Source: an uncultured virus (IMG/VR IMGVR_UViG_3300042691_024885)
Lineage: Duplodnaviria > Heunggongvirae > Uroviricota > Caudoviricetes
DNA length: 20,000 bases
Reading direction: 5' to 3' (one strand)
IMG/VR virus record: IMGVR_UViG_3300042691_024885
The stretch's first letter is position 1; the number at the start of each line of letters is the position of its first letter. The notes under the pieces were generated by a model. It was not told the DNA's origin and ran no database searches. It saw only the letters and a list, made by a program, of their open reading frames with translations. Position numbers and translations under genes: made by a program. Below are positions 16,930 through 20,000 of the stretch, piece by piece.

Positions 16930-17705
16930 TTAATATAAATAACTTTACCATTTTTTAAATAACGATAAATTGAAGTGTGAGAAATACCCATTCCTTCCAT
17001 ACATTCTTTTATTGATGTGTATGTTTTACCTGAATTTACGTCCATTACTTTTTTTGCGTTAGGACTTTTACCGCCTTTATTATCCCTCATTAATGCTGAT
17101 TGTCTTATTTTCTCAATAACTTCTGGGTTTTTAGTTGGATTATTAGTTAGGTTTCTCAACCTCAAATCTTCTCTAGGTTTATTTTTTCTTGGATGATTTT
17201 CAGTCCCATTTAACCAAATGGATTTTTGTGATTCACTAACTTTTTTTTTGGTTTCATTATTTTTCATTGGATTATTTTTTTTCATTCTAATACTTTGTTT
17301 TATTTTATTATGTTGTAGTTTCATTGGATTGTCATCTGAACTCATCCGATTTTTTTGTATTGATTTAACTAATTCTGAAACAATAACACCTTTAGATCCC
17401 TCACCACCATCTGTAAAATTAACTAAAGTCCCCTCATTTAAATCTTTCCTACCATACTTTTTTATGTATTTAATTTCTGATAACATGGATTCATCCCAAG
17501 TTAAAAAATCCTCAATAATCTCAACCGACCAAGAAACTTTATTTGTTATTCTAATCCAATATTTATTATGTTTATGAATAGCATAAGCACGACTATATGT
17601 GTTGGTATCACATTTACCACTAGCTTTTATATTAACGGTTCCTCTACCAACATAAAAAACTTCATTATTGTCTAATCTTCTGTGTAAATAAACATAACAT
17701 CTCAT
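16926..17705 (-). CDS. Free-standing GIY-YIG-like homing endonuclease with NUMOD-type DNA-binding repeats
   Basis: Likely start MRCYVY at 17705. YVYLH...FYVGRG...R...E...YG...GTLVNFTDGGEG, then NPMK/NPTK repeats and a C-terminal NUMOD1/HTH-like KKVMDVNSGKTYTSIKEC...ISHTSIYRYL. Confidence 0.85.
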   Translation of the reverse strand: MRCYVYLHRRLDNNEVFYVGRGTVNIKASGKCDTNTYSRAYAIHKHNKYWIRITNKVSWSVEIIEDFLTWDESMLSEIKYIKKYGRKDLNEGTLVNFTDGGEGSKGVIVSELVKSIQKNRMSSDDNPMKLQHNKIKQSIRMKKNNPMKNNETKKKVSESQKSIWLNGTENHPRKNKPREDLRLRNLTNNPTKNPEVIEKIRQSALMRDNKGGKSPNAKKVMDVNSGKTYTSIKECMEGMGISHTSIYRYLKNGKVIYIN

Positions 17706-17766
17706 ATATATAAATATATGGGTTTGGTATAAACACCCCATAATTTTAAAATTTTTTTTGATGTTA

Positions 17767-17797
17767 GTTGGTTATTATAAATTATTTACTATCTTTG
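17767..17797 (+). promoter_or_regulatory. Bacteroidota-type promoter (GTTG-N19-TATCTTTG)
   Basis: TATCTTTG 17790-17797 upstream of ATG 17824. Confidence 0.7.
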
Positions 17798-17823
17798 TTT
17801 TATACTTAAAAAAACAAAATATT

Positions 17824-18579
17824 ATGATCTACACACCAGAACTTATCAAATCAGTGGCACCCTCAATTTTTGCAACATCAGCGTCTAATAAGTTGTCTAA
17901 TAAATACGTATTCGTACCTACAGACCAACTTATTGAATATTTTGATCGTGAAGGTTGGCAAATTTCAGATGTTAAACAAACAGGAAAAGGAATTCACGCA
18001 ACACACCAAGTAAGATTTCGCAATGGAGAACTTCCACCTGTAGGGGATACATTGGTTGAGGCAATCATTAAAAATTCTCACAATGGAATGTCAACATTAT
18101 CAGTTTCCGCAGGATTACACAGAGTATGTTGCTCAAACGGATTGACGGTTCCCACATCAGTTGCGGACAAATTCAACGTAAGACATAGCGGGTTTGAACT
18201 TGACGATGTAAAACGATTGATGGACGGGTTCTCAAAGAAATTACCATTGATCCAAGGATCTGTTGGACGAATGATGGAACGAGAACTCACAATTGATGAA
18301 CAAATCCAATACGTTCAGAAAGCATCAAAAATCCGATGGGCGGAAGGGTCAATCCCAAGTGACAACCAACTCGTTGATATCCTTACACCAAATCGTGTGG
18401 AGGACAATAAGAACGACTTGTGGACAACATTCAACGTGGTACAAGAGAAGTTTGTACGAGGAGGTTTTGACTACCGAACTAATACGGGTCGTAAATCAAA
18501 ACTACGAGATCTTAAAAGTATTATGGCGGTTAATACAATCAACACAAAACTTTGGGAACTTGCCGAAGAAATGATTTAA
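17824..18579 (+). CDS. DUF932 (DUF945) family phage/plasmid protein
   Basis: APSIFA...SNKYVFVPT...EGW...H.VRFR...NSHNG...AGLHRVCCSNGL...RH...R.ED...DLWTTFNVVQE...GG...N.KLW.LAE. ATG 17824 is preferred to the upstream TTG because the promoter lies between them. Confidence 0.88.
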   Translation: MIYTPELIKSVAPSIFATSASNKLSNKYVFVPTDQLIEYFDREGWQISDVKQTGKGIHATHQVRFRNGELPPVGDTLVEAIIKNSHNGMSTLSVSAGLHRVCCSNGLTVPTSVADKFNVRHSGFELDDVKRLMDGFSKKLPLIQGSVGRMMERELTIDEQIQYVQKASKIRWAEGSIPSDNQLVDILTPNRVEDNKNDLWTTFNVVQEKFVRGGFDYRTNTGRKSKLRDLKSIMAVNTINTKLWELAEEMI

Positions 18580-18586
18580 AAACAAC

Positions 18587-18612
18587 GGAGGGTTAATCAC
18601 CCTCCTTTTTTT
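18587..18612 (+). terminator. Intrinsic terminator
   Basis: GGAGGGT-TAATC-ACCCTCC followed by T7, immediately after the DUF932 stop. Confidence 0.9.
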
Positions 18613-18618
18613 GGTAAT

Positions 18619-19008
18619 ATGAAAAAACAGAACATTATAATAAATTGGTTAAACAAGGAGTTTGGTAATTTAACTAAAGTAGTTAGAGGTGATAAAACAT
18701 TTTACATTGATAAGGATAGATTACCGTTATTATTTTATTGTCATGATAAAAAAAATGGGTTTTTTTATGTGAGTTATAAAAGAATTTGGTTACTTTTTGA
18801 AACCATTTTTGGTATGGAATATCAACAAATACAGGATATCCTGAAGATATGGTTGGAGGAAACCTATAATTTGAGGGGACTCACACCCTACTATTTTCAG
18901 TATTCCTCTTATTCCACGTTGGAGGAAACCTATAATTTGAGGGGACTCACACCCTGCACAGACGAATCTCTTATTTACAGAAACTGTTGGAGGAAACCTA
19001 TAATTTGA
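18619..19008 (+). CDS. Hypothetical small protein whose C-terminus is encoded by the repeat-spacer array
   Basis: About 78 aa of unique sequence, then LEETYNLRGLTP twice (repeats 1 and 2); stop codon lies in repeat 3. Confidence 0.7.
   Translation: MKKQNIIINWLNKEFGNLTKVVRGDKTFYIDKDRLPLLFYCHDKKNGFFYVSYKRIWLLFETIFGMEYQQIQDILKIWLEETYNLRGLTPYYFQYSSYSTLEETYNLRGLTPCTDESLIYRNCWRKPII
18852..19008 (+). CRISPR. Orphan CRISPR-like mini-array, type VI-B-like 36-bp repeat
   Basis: GTTGGAGGAAACCTATAATTTGAGGGGACTCACACC identical at 18852-18887 and 18918-18953, plus a 23-bp truncated copy at 18986-19008. Spacers are 30 bp (18888-18917) and 32 bp (18954-18985). No cas gene in the window. Confidence 0.65.
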
Positions 19009-19014
19009 TTTAAT

Positions 19015-19356
19015 ATGGAAAATAATGAAATAAAATATTTTAGTAGGGTTGAAGATTTCTTGAAATCCTTATTAACTAAAACTGGTAAAGTATATAGTGT
19101 GATTGATTGTATGGATCCAATACCATTAACACCTGAACTTCTATTAACTAAAAAATTTACAACTGAATATTTAAATAGTAAGTCATATGGTGGTAGTTTA
19201 GTTCATTTAGATGGTATATTTAGACATCAATCAGGAATTTATATTTACCTATCAAAAACAGAAGTTGAAACTACTTATAAGATAAAGATAATATACGATG
19301 TAATACAACTTGATGAGGTTATATTATTCATAAAAAATTTAATGAGATTAAAATAA
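19015..19356 (+). CDS. Hypothetical protein (113 aa)
   Basis: Intact ORF starting 6 nt after the array. Confidence 0.75.
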   Translation: MENNEIKYFSRVEDFLKSLLTKTGKVYSVIDCMDPIPLTPELLLTKKFTTEYLNSKSYGGSLVHLDGIFRHQSGIYIYLSKTEVETTYKIKIIYDVIQLDEVILFIKNLMRLK

Positions 19357-19402
19357 TATTATTTTTTACGCTACTTGGTGATAATTATAATAAAAGACAC
19401 CA

Positions 19403-20000
19403 ATGAGCACACAAAAAGGACACATATATAAAATAACAAATCTAATAAACAAAAAAGAATATATTGGATGTACGATTAATTCTATAAATAAAAGATTTGA
19501 AGAACACGTTTACAGATGTTTAAAAACTGACTCTAATACTAAATTTTGTAATTCTATTAGAAAATATGGGGTTGAAAATTTTAATATAGAAATAATTGAA
19601 GAATGTAATGTATTAAATATTTATGAAAGAGAAAAATTTTATATTACCGAATTCAAAACGTATAAAAATGGATTAAATTCTACATTTGGTGGTGAAGGGT
19701 GTTTAGGATATGTTCATTCGCCTGAAATAAGGAAAAAAATTTCGGAAAATACTAAAAATGGTAACTCACACAAAGGTAAAACTTATGAAGAGTTATATGG
19801 GGACAAGGCGGACGAAGAACGAGAAAAAAGAAGATTATCAGTTAAAAAAGGTTGGGGATCAATATCAAAAGAAGAAAAAGAAAAACGAGTTAGTAAAATT
19901 TATGAAACTAAACAAAAAAACTCAAAATATGGGGTTGAATTAGTTAAGGAAATAAAACAAAAAATAAATGAGGGGATAAAAATTAAACAATTAACAGAAC
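19403..20000 (+). CDS. GIY-YIG homing endonuclease with NUMOD3-like motif (partial, runs off the window; not in the supplied ORF track)
   Basis: MSTQKGHIYKITNLINKKEYIGCT...KRFEEH...SIRKYGVENFNIEIIEEC...EREKFYI...NGLNSTFGGEG...HSPEIRKKIS. Confidence 0.9.
   Translation, partial: MSTQKGHIYKITNLINKKEYIGCTINSINKRFEEHVYRCLKTDSNTKFCNSIRKYGVENFNIEIIEECNVLNIYEREKFYITEFKTYKNGLNSTFGGEGCLGYVHSPEIRKKISENTKNGNSHKGKTYEELYGDKADEEREKRRLSVKKGWGSISKEEKEKRVSKIYETKQKNSKYGVELVKEIKQKINEGIKIKQLTE

Noticed and set aside
16926..17757. Group I intron around the GIY-YIG endonuclease
   Set aside because: Flanking genes appear intact, the endonuclease is antisense to them, and there is no non-coding space for a ribozyme core.
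18587..18605. GGAGGGTTAATCAC resembles the 3' half of a type VI-B repeat
   Set aside because: Fully explained as the stem-loop of the DUF932 terminator; not spaced in register with the array.
18852..19008. Diversity-generating retroelement TR/VR pair
   Set aside because: The repeats are identical rather than differing at adenines, are only 36 bp, and no reverse transcriptase is present in the window.
1..20000. Stop-codon recoding as seen in some large phages
   Set aside because: Recognisable genes (sbcC, sigma, dnaJ, methylase, DUF932) are full length in the standard code and coding density is already high.
1..20000. tRNA/rRNA genes or IS elements
   Set aside because: Intergenic gaps are short and AT-rich with no cloverleaf, and no transposase motifs or terminal inverted repeats were seen.

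Overview
AT-rich, densely coding segment most consistent with a large (jumbo/huge) tailed phage infecting a Bacteroidota host. The support is: Bacteroidota-type TTTG-N19-TAnnTTTG promoters, A-rich ribosome-binding regions without Shine-Dalgarno, a phage-borne Bacteroidota-like RpoD sigma factor, SbcC/gp46-like ATPase, amidase, DnaJ, Dam-like methylase, Hc1-like protein, DUF932, two free-standing GIY-YIG endonucleases and many hypothetical, probably virion, proteins. The most unusual elements are: (1) a cas-less CRISPR-like mini-array (36-bp repeat resembling type VI-B/Cas13b repeats, 30- and 32-bp spacers) whose repeats also encode the C-terminus of a small ORF (18852-19008); (2) a promoter-to-terminator unit with no credible ORF that would give a ~65-nt twin-hairpin RNA with matching GUCAGAAYAC stem-loop tips (4282-4386); (3) a second promoter motif, ATATTTAT, probably read by the phage sigma; (4) a hairpin hiding a start codon (10243-10270). 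All family assignments come from motif recognition by eye; no searches were run.
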